Notes under the pieces: model-generated | Seen by the model: the letters and a program-made list of their open reading frames with translations, nothing else | Databases searched by the model: none | Told to the model about the DNA's origin: nothing | Shown here: one piece after another, positions 15,496 through 23,960 of the stretch | Position numbering within the stretch: position 1 is the first letter of the stretch | Layout of the letters: each line of letters starts with the position of its first letter | Origin: Planctomycetota bacterium | GTDB lineage: Bacteria; Planctomycetota; UBA1135; GCA-002686595 | Direction: 5' to 3' | Length of the DNA: 25,751 nt | Assembly (NCBI GenBank): GCA_028823185.1 | Contig: JAPKBY010000001.1 | Location: 1-25,751 of the forward strand | Translations under genes and position numbers: made by a program

Positions 15496-15689
15496 AGGTC
15501 TTCTTCGAAAGGGTCGGCGTTCTCTTGCTGGAGCATGCGCTCTGCTTGAAGACGGTCAAACTCCATCGCGTCGACCTCAGATTCCCTCATCCTCTGAGGC
15601 GCGGTCGAAGGCGGTGGTCCGAGACGATTGAGAAGCAGGGGGATGCCGACGAGGACGAGTATCCCGAGGATGAATATGAGGGCGCGCAT
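15492..15689 (-). CDS. Small single-pass membrane protein (65 aa)
   Basis: MRALIFILGILVLVGIPLLLNRLG, then a Pro linker and an acidic helical tail. Its stop overlaps the pdxA stop in TTAG. Confidence 0.6.
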   Translation of the reverse strand: MRALIFILGILVLVGIPLLLNRLGPPPSTAPQRMRESEVDAMEFDRLQAERMLQQENADPFEEDL

Positions 15690-16050
15690 GCGAGTCTAGG
15701 GTCGTTTCAAGAGGAGCCTTCTAGAGCCAAAGACGGCTCGAGGAGAAGGTGGGCACCTCTCTAATGCAGAGAGATGGTGGGAAGTTCCTTGTTAAGGGCC
15801 TTTTTTTGGCCAAGAGGACAGATTACCGGAGAAAAACAAAGTGAACGATAGAAAAGGGGGCTTATGAGGGAGTGGGAGTCTCTCTGCTGGGCCGGTCGCG
15901 CCTCGGAACTGGACAGCAACTCGACCCTGACCCTCTTGAGAACCGAGTAGAGAAGGTAAGAACACGCTTGAGACCGCCAGGTTGCTATCTCGCTGATAGG
16001 ATCCAAAGAGGCAGTTCAAGAGCAGCCAAAGACCCCCCCGGATCGTCCTC

Positions 16051-17706
16051 ATGATTCAGCACAAGAAGAAGATAGTCCTCTATCAGCCGCAACAGGTTGA
16101 TGAGAGCCTCGGCCTGCCGTCCTCAAAAGACCTGCTACCGCTCGAGATGTTGACGATCTCAGCCTATCCAGAGGCTGATGGCTACGAGATCGTGATCGTT
16201 GACGGGAGCCTCTACTCACCTGAGGAGGCTCACCAGCGCGTCCTCGAGGCCTGCGAAGGCGCGATGCTCTATGCGACCACTGGGATCTTGGGCTTCATGG
16301 TCACCGATGGCTGGTTTTGCTCTCAGAAGGTCAAAGCCCGTCACCCCGAGCTTCCGATGTTCATCGGCGGCTGGTTCGCATCTGTACGCCCCGAGCTCCA
16401 GCTCTCGACTGGCCTCTACGATGCCGTAGTTCTCAGCCAAGGTGAGCTCACCTTTAGGGACCTCGTCCAAGCAGTCGACGCGGGCGAGCCGCTAGAGAAC
16501 GTCAAAGGCCTAGCTCTGTGGCGAGACGGCGAGGTCGTGAAGACTGAATACCGAAGCATCGCTGGTTGGGGAGACATCGCTCAAGTCCCTTGGCACCTGA
16601 TCGATATTGAGCCTTATCGCGTGCATCAGCTGCGCGCGAACTCAGCCGGTGATGTCCTGCGGATGCCTTCACCTCGCTCATTCGGATCAGATCGCGAGTC
16701 CTACTTCGGGATCACCTATTTCTCGAGCTATGGCTGCCCGGAACCCTGCACATTCTGCTGCTCTCCTGAGGTGACGAATAGACGTTGGAAGGCAATGCCA
16801 GCCGACAGGATGTTGGATGACCTCACAGACCTAAAGGAGCGTTGGAACTTTGACGTCGTCCGTTTTCATGACGCCAACTTTGGCGTGATGGAGAAGCGCA
16901 CGAAGGATTTTTCAAAAGGGATCCTAGATCGAGAGCTCAACTTTCACTGGAACGCCTTCATCGAGACTCACTCGATCCTTCACTACAAGCCTGAGACTCT
17001 TGATCTCATGGCGGAGTCAGGCATGTACATCGCAGAGATCGGCGCTGAGGCCGGGACGGATGACATGATGAAGAAGATCGGCAAGCCCATTAAGGGTGAC
17101 GACAACATCGACGCTGCCGTGGAGATGGACAAGCGCGGTATCCGCGGCTCTGTCACTTACATCATCGGGTATCCGCACGAAGAGCCTGACTCCATGATGG
17201 CGACGATTGATCAGTGCCGAAGGCTTCACAACGCTGCGCCGCTCGCGAGCCCCACGGTCTGGCCATATCGACCGATCCCTGGAACTCAGATGTTCGGCGA
17301 GGCTATCGAGCTGGGCTATGAAGCTCCGACGAACTTGCGTGAGTGGGGCTCGATCGGTGAGTACCACCTTGAGGAGACTTGGCCCGGAAAGATCCCGCCG
17401 GAAGTACAAGAGGCGCGACGCATGTATCAACACCACGTGACCCTGGATTATGGGCTCGCGCGTGGCATCCGTGGCTTCTGGGAGAAGCGCGCCGGGCGCA
17501 GGCTTCGTGATGGCAGCTACCTCTCTAAGGCTGGACGCATGGAGGCGAGGCTCTTCAGTCTCTACTCACGAGTTGAATCAAAGTTCATCAAGCGCAAGAA
17601 GCTCGCGCGCACCTTTATTGATCCGGGACATAAGACCGGCAGCGCAGGAAATAAGAACTCTGAGTCGAATCCCGACGTGATGACGTCGGCGACCCTAGGG
17701 AAGTGA
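16051..17706 (+). CDS. Cobalamin-binding radical SAM protein
   Basis: N-terminal B12-binding-like domain (LPLEMLTISA...IVIVDG...MFIGGWFASVRPE); CxxxCxxC in SYGCPEPCTFCC; DANFG, IGAEAG and YIIGYPHE. Confidence 0.9.
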   Translation: MIQHKKKIVLYQPQQVDESLGLPSSKDLLPLEMLTISAYPEADGYEIVIVDGSLYSPEEAHQRVLEACEGAMLYATTGILGFMVTDGWFCSQKVKARHPELPMFIGGWFASVRPELQLSTGLYDAVVLSQGELTFRDLVQAVDAGEPLENVKGLALWRDGEVVKTEYRSIAGWGDIAQVPWHLIDIEPYRVHQLRANSAGDVLRMPSPRSFGSDRESYFGITYFSSYGCPEPCTFCCSPEVTNRRWKAMPADRMLDDLTDLKERWNFDVVRFHDANFGVMEKRTKDFSKGILDRELNFHWNAFIETHSILHYKPETLDLMAESGMYIAEIGAEAGTDDMMKKIGKPIKGDDNIDAAVEMDKRGIRGSVTYIIGYPHEEPDSMMATIDQCRRLHNAAPLASPTVWPYRPIPGTQMFGEAIELGYEAPTNLREWGSIGEYHLEETWPGKIPPEVQEARRMYQHHVTLDYGLARGIRGFWEKRAGRRLRDGSYLSKAGRMEARLFSLYSRVESKFIKRKKLARTFIDPGHKTGSAGNKNSESNPDVMTSATLGK

Positions 17707-17813
17707 CGAGCCGCAGGTTCTGATCGCTGCTGTCTCTCCATGGGAGGTGGCTGTTCCATAGAGGATCGGGTCGTGCTTGAACCCGCCGTCCGCTGCGTTA
17801 GCCTCGGACTCGT

Positions 17814-19280
17814 ATGAGCACCGTTTTAGCCCTCGATCAAGGCACGACATCCTCGCGCTCGCTCCTCTTCTCTAGGGAGGGGGTGGTGAAGAAGCTCCTT
17901 CAGCAGGAGTTCACCCAACACTACAGGAAGCCCGGCTGGGTGGAGCATGATCCAGAGGAGCTGTGGGAGAGCCAGCTCGCTACAGCTAGAGGTGTGCTTG
18001 ATGGTGAGTCAGATGTCGCTTGTGTTGGGATCACCAATCAGCGGGAGACGACGTTGGTTTGGGAGCGTGAGACGGGCCGCGCGATTCATCCCGCCGTGGT
18101 TTGGCAGTCGAGACAGAGCGTCTCGATCTGTGAAGAGTTGCGCGCGAGGGGCTTGACCGATCTTGTCCGAGAGCGGACAGGGCTCGTCATCGACGCTTAT
18201 TTTTCTGGGAGCAAGGTTCGACACATCTTGGACGCGGTGCCTGGGGCGCAAGCGCGTGCAGAGAAGGGGGAACTCTGCTTCGGCACTGTCGACAGCTGGT
18301 TGCTGTGGAAGCTGACGGGTGGGAGGGTTCACGCGACCGAGCCTTCGAACGCATCACGGACGATGCTCTACGACATTCATAAGGGGGACTGGGATGATGA
18401 GCTCTTGAGAGAGCTCAACATCCCCCGCGCGATGCTGCCTGAGGTGCTTCCATCATCAGGACTCTTCGGTGTGACGGATGCAGAGGTCTTGGGGCGAGCG
18501 CTCCCGATCACTGGCGTGGCTGGCGATCAACAGGCTGCGCTCTTTGGGCAGGGCTGCCACTCCAAAGGACAAGCGAAGAGCACCTACGGGACCGGCTGCT
18601 TCCTCTTGATGAACACGGGGCGCGAGGCCAAGAGCTCAGAGAGCGGCCTGCTCACGACCATCGCTTGGCAGCTAGGTGATGAGGTCTCATATGCCTTGGA
18701 GGGCAGCGTCTTTGTCGGCGGCGCTGTGATTCAGTGGATGCGCGATGAGCTCGGCTTGATCAGTGATGCAGCAGAGAGCGAAGCGCTCGCAGCCTCTGTT
18801 GAAGACACGAACGGGGTCTATCTGGTCCCGGCTTTCACAGGCTTGGGCGCACCGCATTGGAACTCGGAGGCGCGTGGGGTCATCACCGGGCTCACGCGTG
18901 GCGCAGGCAGAGCTCACATCGTGCGAGCAGGGCTCGAGTCGATCGCTTATCAGGTCCACGACCTCGTTCAGTGTTTCAAGCAGGACGCTGGGGGAGAGCT
19001 CTCTGAGCTCCAGGTAGATGGGGGCGCCTCTGGAAACGACTTCCTCATGCAGTTTCAGGCAGACGTCCTCGGGGTCCCTGTGCTGCGCCCGGAGTGCCTC
19101 GAAGTGACGGCCTTCGGTGCGGCGGCGTTAGCGGGTCTCGGCGCTGGGGTTTGGACAGACGAGGCAGAGCTCGCGTCAGTGACGGCAGAGGCTGCCCGGT
19201 TTAGCCCTGACATGAGTGAAGAGCGCCGTCAGGAGCTGCTCTCTGGGTGGGATCGTGCTGTCACACGCGCATCTTCTTGA
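17814..19280 (+). CDS. glpK: Glycerol kinase
   Basis: ALDQGTTSSR, GITNQRETT, GDQQAALFGQ, KSTYGTGCF, YALEGS and VDGGASGNDFLMQFQADVL. Confidence 0.96.
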   Translation: MSTVLALDQGTTSSRSLLFSREGVVKKLLQQEFTQHYRKPGWVEHDPEELWESQLATARGVLDGESDVACVGITNQRETTLVWERETGRAIHPAVVWQSRQSVSICEELRARGLTDLVRERTGLVIDAYFSGSKVRHILDAVPGAQARAEKGELCFGTVDSWLLWKLTGGRVHATEPSNASRTMLYDIHKGDWDDELLRELNIPRAMLPEVLPSSGLFGVTDAEVLGRALPITGVAGDQQAALFGQGCHSKGQAKSTYGTGCFLLMNTGREAKSSESGLLTTIAWQLGDEVSYALEGSVFVGGAVIQWMRDELGLISDAAESEALAASVEDTNGVYLVPAFTGLGAPHWNSEARGVITGLTRGAGRAHIVRAGLESIAYQVHDLVQCFKQDAGGELSELQVDGGASGNDFLMQFQADVLGVPVLRPECLEVTAFGAAALAGLGAGVWTDEAELASVTAEAARFSPDMSEERRQELLSGWDRAVTRASS

Positions 19281-19334
19281 GTCGTTACGTCCCGTTCTGA
19301 TGGCATGGAGTAGACTCAAGGTGAAGGTCTAACT

Positions 19335-22300
19335 ATGCCCGAATCTACGCTCAAGAAACTCCGCCTCTCTGGCCTTTTGGCCGTCTTCCTTGTCCTCACT
19401 GGGCCGATCCGTGCCCAAGTTGTCATCAGCGAATTCATGGCTGAGAACTCGGACACTTTGGAGGATGAGGATGGAGATAGCTCAGACTGGATCGAGCTAC
19501 ACAATGAATCCTCGGGGACGGTGAATCTCTTAGGTTGGAGCCTCACCGATGACGCGAGCGGTAGCTCTGTGTGGGGCTTTCCATCGGTGAACTTGCCGGC
19601 TGACGCATATCTGGTCGTCTTCGCTTCGAATAAGGACCGCGTCGGGGCTGAGTTGCACACGGACTTCAAGCTCTCTAGTAACGGTGAATATCTCGCTCTC
19701 TATCCGCTAGGAGGAGGGTCTCCGACGACAGAGTTCTCGCCGAGCTTTCCCGAGCAACGAGAAGATTTGTCTTATGGAGAGACCACATTGGGTGTCGTTG
19801 GCTTCCTAGATGAGCCGACGCCGGGGGAAGAGAACACCTCTGATCTACGAGCTGCCCGCGATGTGGACTTTGATATTTCGCGCGGCTTCTTCGATTCACC
19901 GGTGACGGTGACCCTTACTTGTGAAGAGTCGGGTGCAGAGATCCGTTACACGACAGATGGAAGCGAGCCAGGAGTCGGTGTCGGTCAGATCTATTCTGCT
20001 CCGCTCACTTTTAATGGCACGACATGTGTGCGAGCCGTGGGGCTTCAGCTTGGCATGGCTCCATCACGTGTCTCGACGCGCACTTATCTATTCACAGCAG
20101 ATGTCTTGAGCCAAGATCAAGCGGGCGCGATCGCGGGCGGATTCCCTGCAGAGTGGACCGTGTTCGACGGCACGCCTTGGACGACATATGACAGCGGCAC
20201 TCACCCTGGCGCTTGGTATGGATATGACACCTCGGTGATGGCTCTTCACACGGATGAAGAGCTCCGGGAGGCGTTGCTCTCCATCCCGTCCGTCTCCCTC
20301 GTCATGTCGATGGATGATTGGTTTGGTTACAACCCGCCGGCAGGCCCCTTTGGGATCTATCCAAACATCGCGTATGAGGGAGCTGAGTGGGAGCGCGCCG
20401 TCTCGATGGAGTGGATCGAGCCCGAGTCGGATGATGGGTTCCAAATTAATTGTGAGGTTGCGATGCAGGGTGGTTCAGGCTCCAGCATCACCTATGCATC
20501 TCAAGGCTCGATGGCGATCAAGTTCAAGAAGGCCTTCGGCCCGACAGAGCTGGAGTATCAGCTCTTTGAGGACCTGAAAGTCGATGAGTTCGACACGCTC
20601 ATCTTGGACTCCGGTAATCAAAACTCGATCCACGCTAACGCAGGGCTCTCTACGAAGCGGCATGCGCAATGCATGCGAGATCAATTCATGATGGATCTGC
20701 AGGATTCGATTGGCCAGCCGGCCGCCGCTGGTCGACATGCTCACGTTTTCATCAACGGTCTCTATTGGGGGCTCTATAACCTTCACGAGCGCCCGGATGA
20801 GGATTGGGCTGCTAATCACGCAGAGGGGAGCCCCGAAGAGTACGACTGGGTGAAGGAGGGCCACATGTTCGCTGGCAATAACCATGACTTCGATCATCCG
20901 ACGAGCCCTGGCTCTTGGAAGACAGCGATTGAGATCGCTGCGAACGGACTAGATGTCGGTGATATGTGGCTGGGAACACCCTCTTATGAAGCGCTCCAAG
21001 AGAAGATCGATCTCGAGAATTACATCGACTATATGTTGATCAACTTCTACGGGGGACACCTCGATTGGCCGGGGCAGAACTGGATGGCGACGAGTCATAC
21101 TCGCAACAGCGATGACTTTGCGGATGTGAACCCTCTGGGTCGCTTTCGCTTCCATTCGTGGGACGCAGAGACCACCCTCAATTGGGTCGGTGTGACGGCG
21201 GTCAACGATGGTTGGTATGACCGGACCTATGTGGGGACAGGGACGAACGAAGATAGCTCCGCTTACCTCTATGGGAAGCTCCGGAACCACCCGGAGTTTC
21301 GTGTCCTCTTCGCCGACCGTGCACAGCGGATGCTCGCGCCTGGTGGAGGACTCTATGTCGCGCCAGGAGCGGAGGTGGCGGGCACCACGTATGTCCTAGG
21401 GCAAAATGCTCCGGCCGATCTCTACTATGCGCGCTCGAGTCAAATTGAGACAGCGGTGCGGTTGACCTTCGCTCGCTGGGGTAACTACTTTCACGCGCCG
21501 GGTTCGGTGAGCGCGGCTGATTGGAATGTGGAGCGCGCGCGAATCTTGGAAGACTTCTTTCCGGTGCGCTCCGATGTCTTAGTCCAGCAGCTGCGAGCAG
21601 CGACCCCGTCTCTCTATCCGACGATCGATGCTCCGGTCTTCTCTCAGCATGGTGGCCACATGGACGCAGAGTTCGGGTTGATCATCTCGAACGCGAGCGG
21701 AGCTGTTTACTACACAATCGATGGGAGCGACCCCCGGCTTGAGGGGGGCTTCATCTCGCCGAGCGCCTTGCTCTATTCCGGTCCCATCTTGTTGCCTGAG
21801 GCGTACGTTCAGGTGAGGGCTCGGGCCCTTTTTGGAGCGGAATGGAGCGCTGAGATTCAGGCGAGCTTCAGCCGAGTGCGGATCAGCGAGATCATGGCGC
21901 GGAATGAGAGCGGCCTGACTGATGAGCAGGGCGAGCTTGAGGACTGGGTAGAGCTCAGCAATGAGAGCCTGCAAAGCGTCGATCTCTCTGGCTGGTTTTT
22001 GTCTGACGATCCTTTGAACCCGAGGGAATGGGAGATCCCGTCCGGGACGGTCCTCGCTCCGGGAGCTCTGCTGCTCGTCTGGGCTGATAATGATGTGACG
22101 GATGGCCCTCTCCACGCTTCATTTCAACTCTCCTCTGCGGGAGAGAGCCTGTCTTTGTCGGCTCCCCTAGGGGACAGCGAGGTGCTGGTGGACTCCATCA
22201 GCTTTGGGCTTCAACTGATCGACCAATCACAAGGCAGGATGCCTACGTCTGGAGACACCTTCGTTCGTATCATGGATCCCTCGCCAAGCGGGAGAAACGA

Positions 22301-22679
22301 GCCTAGTCCAGGAGAGGCTGTCAGGTTTGCTGCCCTGGCGGCGCCCGAGGTGGGACCCTCACTCACTGCCAACAGCCTGCCCTTCGCCGGTCAAATCGTC
22401 CCGCTCTTCGTGCAAGGTCTCTCGTCTGGGGCTGCTGGGGTATTGAAAGTGGGCAGCTCGCTTACGGCGGATGTTGATCTCGTGAGTGATCGCATCGGTG
22501 GAGTTGAGCAGCTCTTTCAGAGCAGTCTTTTGGGGAGCGTGAACCTGAGCGCTCTGCTCCCTCGACGGTCTTCACGGCTACAGCCTGGTGGCGCGATCCC
22601 GGTCGGGTCCGTCTTTTATCTGCAGGCTGTCAGCCGATCAGAGCTCACGAATGGCGTCGCTGTTTGTGTTCAGAACTGA
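19335..22679 (+). CDS. Secreted CotH-kinase-family protein with two lamin-tail domains and chitobiase/Fn3-like Ig domains
   Basis: Signal peptide; LTD motifs VVISEFMA...DWIELHN and VRISEIMA...DWVELSN; IRYTTDGSEP and YYTIDGSDP; CotH core VFINGLYWGLYNLHERPDE, DWPGQNW and WDAE. Confidence 0.9.
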   Translation: MPESTLKKLRLSGLLAVFLVLTGPIRAQVVISEFMAENSDTLEDEDGDSSDWIELHNESSGTVNLLGWSLTDDASGSSVWGFPSVNLPADAYLVVFASNKDRVGAELHTDFKLSSNGEYLALYPLGGGSPTTEFSPSFPEQREDLSYGETTLGVVGFLDEPTPGEENTSDLRAARDVDFDISRGFFDSPVTVTLTCEESGAEIRYTTDGSEPGVGVGQIYSAPLTFNGTTCVRAVGLQLGMAPSRVSTRTYLFTADVLSQDQAGAIAGGFPAEWTVFDGTPWTTYDSGTHPGAWYGYDTSVMALHTDEELREALLSIPSVSLVMSMDDWFGYNPPAGPFGIYPNIAYEGAEWERAVSMEWIEPESDDGFQINCEVAMQGGSGSSITYASQGSMAIKFKKAFGPTELEYQLFEDLKVDEFDTLILDSGNQNSIHANAGLSTKRHAQCMRDQFMMDLQDSIGQPAAAGRHAHVFINGLYWGLYNLHERPDEDWAANHAEGSPEEYDWVKEGHMFAGNNHDFDHPTSPGSWKTAIEIAANGLDVGDMWLGTPSYEALQEKIDLENYIDYMLINFYGGHLDWPGQNWMATSHTRNSDDFADVNPLGRFRFHSWDAETTLNWVGVTAVNDGWYDRTYVGTGTNEDSSAYLYGKLRNHPEFRVLFADRAQRMLAPGGGLYVAPGAEVAGTTYVLGQNAPADLYYARSSQIETAVRLTFARWGNYFHAPGSVSAADWNVERARILEDFFPVRSDVLVQQLRAATPSLYPTIDAPVFSQHGGHMDAEFGLIISNASGAVYYTIDGSDPRLEGGFISPSALLYSGPILLPEAYVQVRARALFGAEWSAEIQASFSRVRISEIMARNESGLTDEQGELEDWVELSNESLQSVDLSGWFLSDDPLNPREWEIPSGTVLAPGALLLVWADNDVTDGPLHASFQLSSAGESLSLSAPLGDSEVLVDSISFGLQLIDQSQGRMPTSGDTFVRIMDPSPSGRNEPSPGEAVRFAALAAPEVGPSLTANSLPFAGQIVPLFVQGLSSGAAGVLKVGSSLTADVDLVSDRIGGVEQLFQSSLLGSVNLSALLPRRSSRLQPGGAIPVGSVFYLQAVSRSELTNGVAVCVQN

Positions 22680-22683
22680 GTCC

Positions 22684-23247
22684 TTAGGCCGCGCTGTCGT
22701 CTAAGCGAACGCGTAGCCAAGCGCGCGCCATTCTCCAGGCCGTTTTGACGCGAGCAGCGCTCATGTCGAGCGCGCTGCTGATCTCTTCGTCGTCGAAGCC
22801 TGTGAAGAAGCGGAGCTCGACGACCTGAGCGATGTCCTCGCTGAGTTCGGCGAGGTCTTTGAGAGCGTCCTCGAGCTCGAGGGTTCGACCTAAGACTCGA
22901 GGATCAGCGACGAGGTCGGGTTGAAGTGGGATCACGGTCCAGGACCCTCCGCGCTTTAGACGATTTCCGCGCCGTATCTCATCAATGAGGACGCAGCGCA
23001 TCGTCCTCATGACACTGTTTAGGAAATGGTCGCTGTCTTCCCAGTCGCTAGTGCTTCCTGTGCAGAGCTTGATCCATGCTTCGTGGACGAGTGCGGTCGC
23101 TTGTAATGGCCCAGTGTTGTTCGCGGTCCCGAGAATCCTCCGAGCTCTAAAACGGAGCTCTTGGTATGCATCGGGGAAGGGGTCCTTTATGCGCGACTCT
23201 TGAGGGAGATCAGAGCGCTCTCTTTTAGATGTCTTCTTGGATGTGAT
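22684..23247 (-). CDS. ECF sigma factor of the Planctomycete QATALVHEA (TIGR02999-like) type with no canonical start codon: non-canonical start or pseudogene
   Basis: I translated upstream of the track's 108-aa ORF: the frame stays open to TAA at 23299-23301 and reads ...DAYQELRFRARRILGTANNTGPLQATALVHEAWIKL...HFLNSVMRTMRCVLIDEIRR...KRGG...VVELRFFTG...ARAWL. It has no in-frame ATG/GTG/TTG above 23010. ATC at 23247 would give 187 aa. Confidence 0.8.
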   Translation of the reverse strand: MTSKKTSKRERSDLPQESRIKDPFPDAYQELRFRARRILGTANNTGPLQATALVHEAWIKLCTGSTSDWEDSDHFLNSVMRTMRCVLIDEIRRGNRLKRGGSWTVIPLQPDLVADPRVLGRTLELEDALKDLAELSEDIAQVVELRFFTGFDDEEISSALDMSAARVKTAWRMARAWLRVRLDDSAA

Positions 23248-23460
23248 GTTTGCCCGCCCTGTGTTGATTAGTGGTGTCTCAATTTCATCGAATGTTCGTT
23301 AAGCCCCAGCTTCTGTAGATATCTGCTAAACCATGACGGGCTTTAACTCTTTGTATAGCGCCTATGTTTTCCCCGTTGCGACCGTGAGGATGACCCTCCT
23401 AAGGTGGAGTGAATTGAATCTCATGTCGTGACAAAGACTCGCTATCGCCAACCATTGCTT

Positions 23461-23922
23461 ATGACTTCAGTTAGTTACAGGAATCGGCAAAGGTCATCGT
23501 TGTTCCCGTGGCTCTTGTTCCTCTCCGGAGTTGGGTTAGTGGTGGCTGGCATCTTCTCTGGAAACACGGTGGCCTTGGTCGCCTGTGGAGCAGCTGGCTC
23601 CCTCACCCTCTTGCTCGCATTTTGTTTTGCTTGGCTTGAAATAAGCGGAGAGTCCGAAGAGCTTCTTGTCCGCTTTGGCCCGGTGTCCCTCTTTCAAAAG
23701 CGAGTGCGTTATGACTCCATTCGGGGAGTCAAGCTGGACAAATCCCTGCTCATTGAAGGCTGGGGGATTCACCTCGGACCGCGGGGTTGGATCTGGAATA
23801 TTTGGGGCCGTGATGTGATTGATCTTGAACTCGAGGGTGGGCGTTTGCGGCTCGGCACAGATGATCCTGAGGGTCTCCTTGCTCATCTCAGAGAGCGTTG
23901 CGGATTAGCTGACGGCGACTGA
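23461..23922 (+). CDS. Membrane protein with two TM helices and a bacterial PH-like domain
   Basis: Two hydrophobic helices, then LLVRFGP...RVRYDSI, GWGIH and LRLGTDDPEGL. The start could be GTG 23428. Confidence 0.75.
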   Translation: MTSVSYRNRQRSSLFPWLLFLSGVGLVVAGIFSGNTVALVACGAAGSLTLLLAFCFAWLEISGESEELLVRFGPVSLFQKRVRYDSIRGVKLDKSLLIEGWGIHLGPRGWIWNIWGRDVIDLELEGGRLRLGTDDPEGLLAHLRERCGLADGD

Positions 23923-23960
23923 CGCTCTTTGCCCTGGTCTCACTCTCAGGAGGAGACAGG

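Noticed and set aside
15764-16050. Possible cobalamin riboswitch upstream of the B12 radical SAM gene
   Set aside because: Only an isolated GGGAA is present; I could not find the B12-box or other conserved elements. An Rfam scan would settle it.
15414-16054. Short ORFs 15414-15764 (+), 15761-16006 (-), 15792-16052 (-) and 15872-16054 (+)
   Set aside because: They have no motifs, overlap each other or better-supported genes, and lie in probable promoter DNA.
19300-19318. ATGGCATGGAGTAGACT upstream of the CotH gene as a sigma54 site
   Set aside because: The -12 element reads AGAC rather than TTGC.
1253-22115. Many antisense or alternate-frame ORFs of 60-205 aa in the track (for example 1253-1870, 8902-9285, 12078-12644, 21579-22115)
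   Set aside because: They are nested in well-supported genes, lack motifs and are expected in GC-rich DNA.
23332-23334. In-frame ATG upstream of the start-less ECF gene
   Set aside because: It is separated from the coding region by two in-frame stops (TAG 23326-23328, TAA 23299-23301), so readthrough is implausible.
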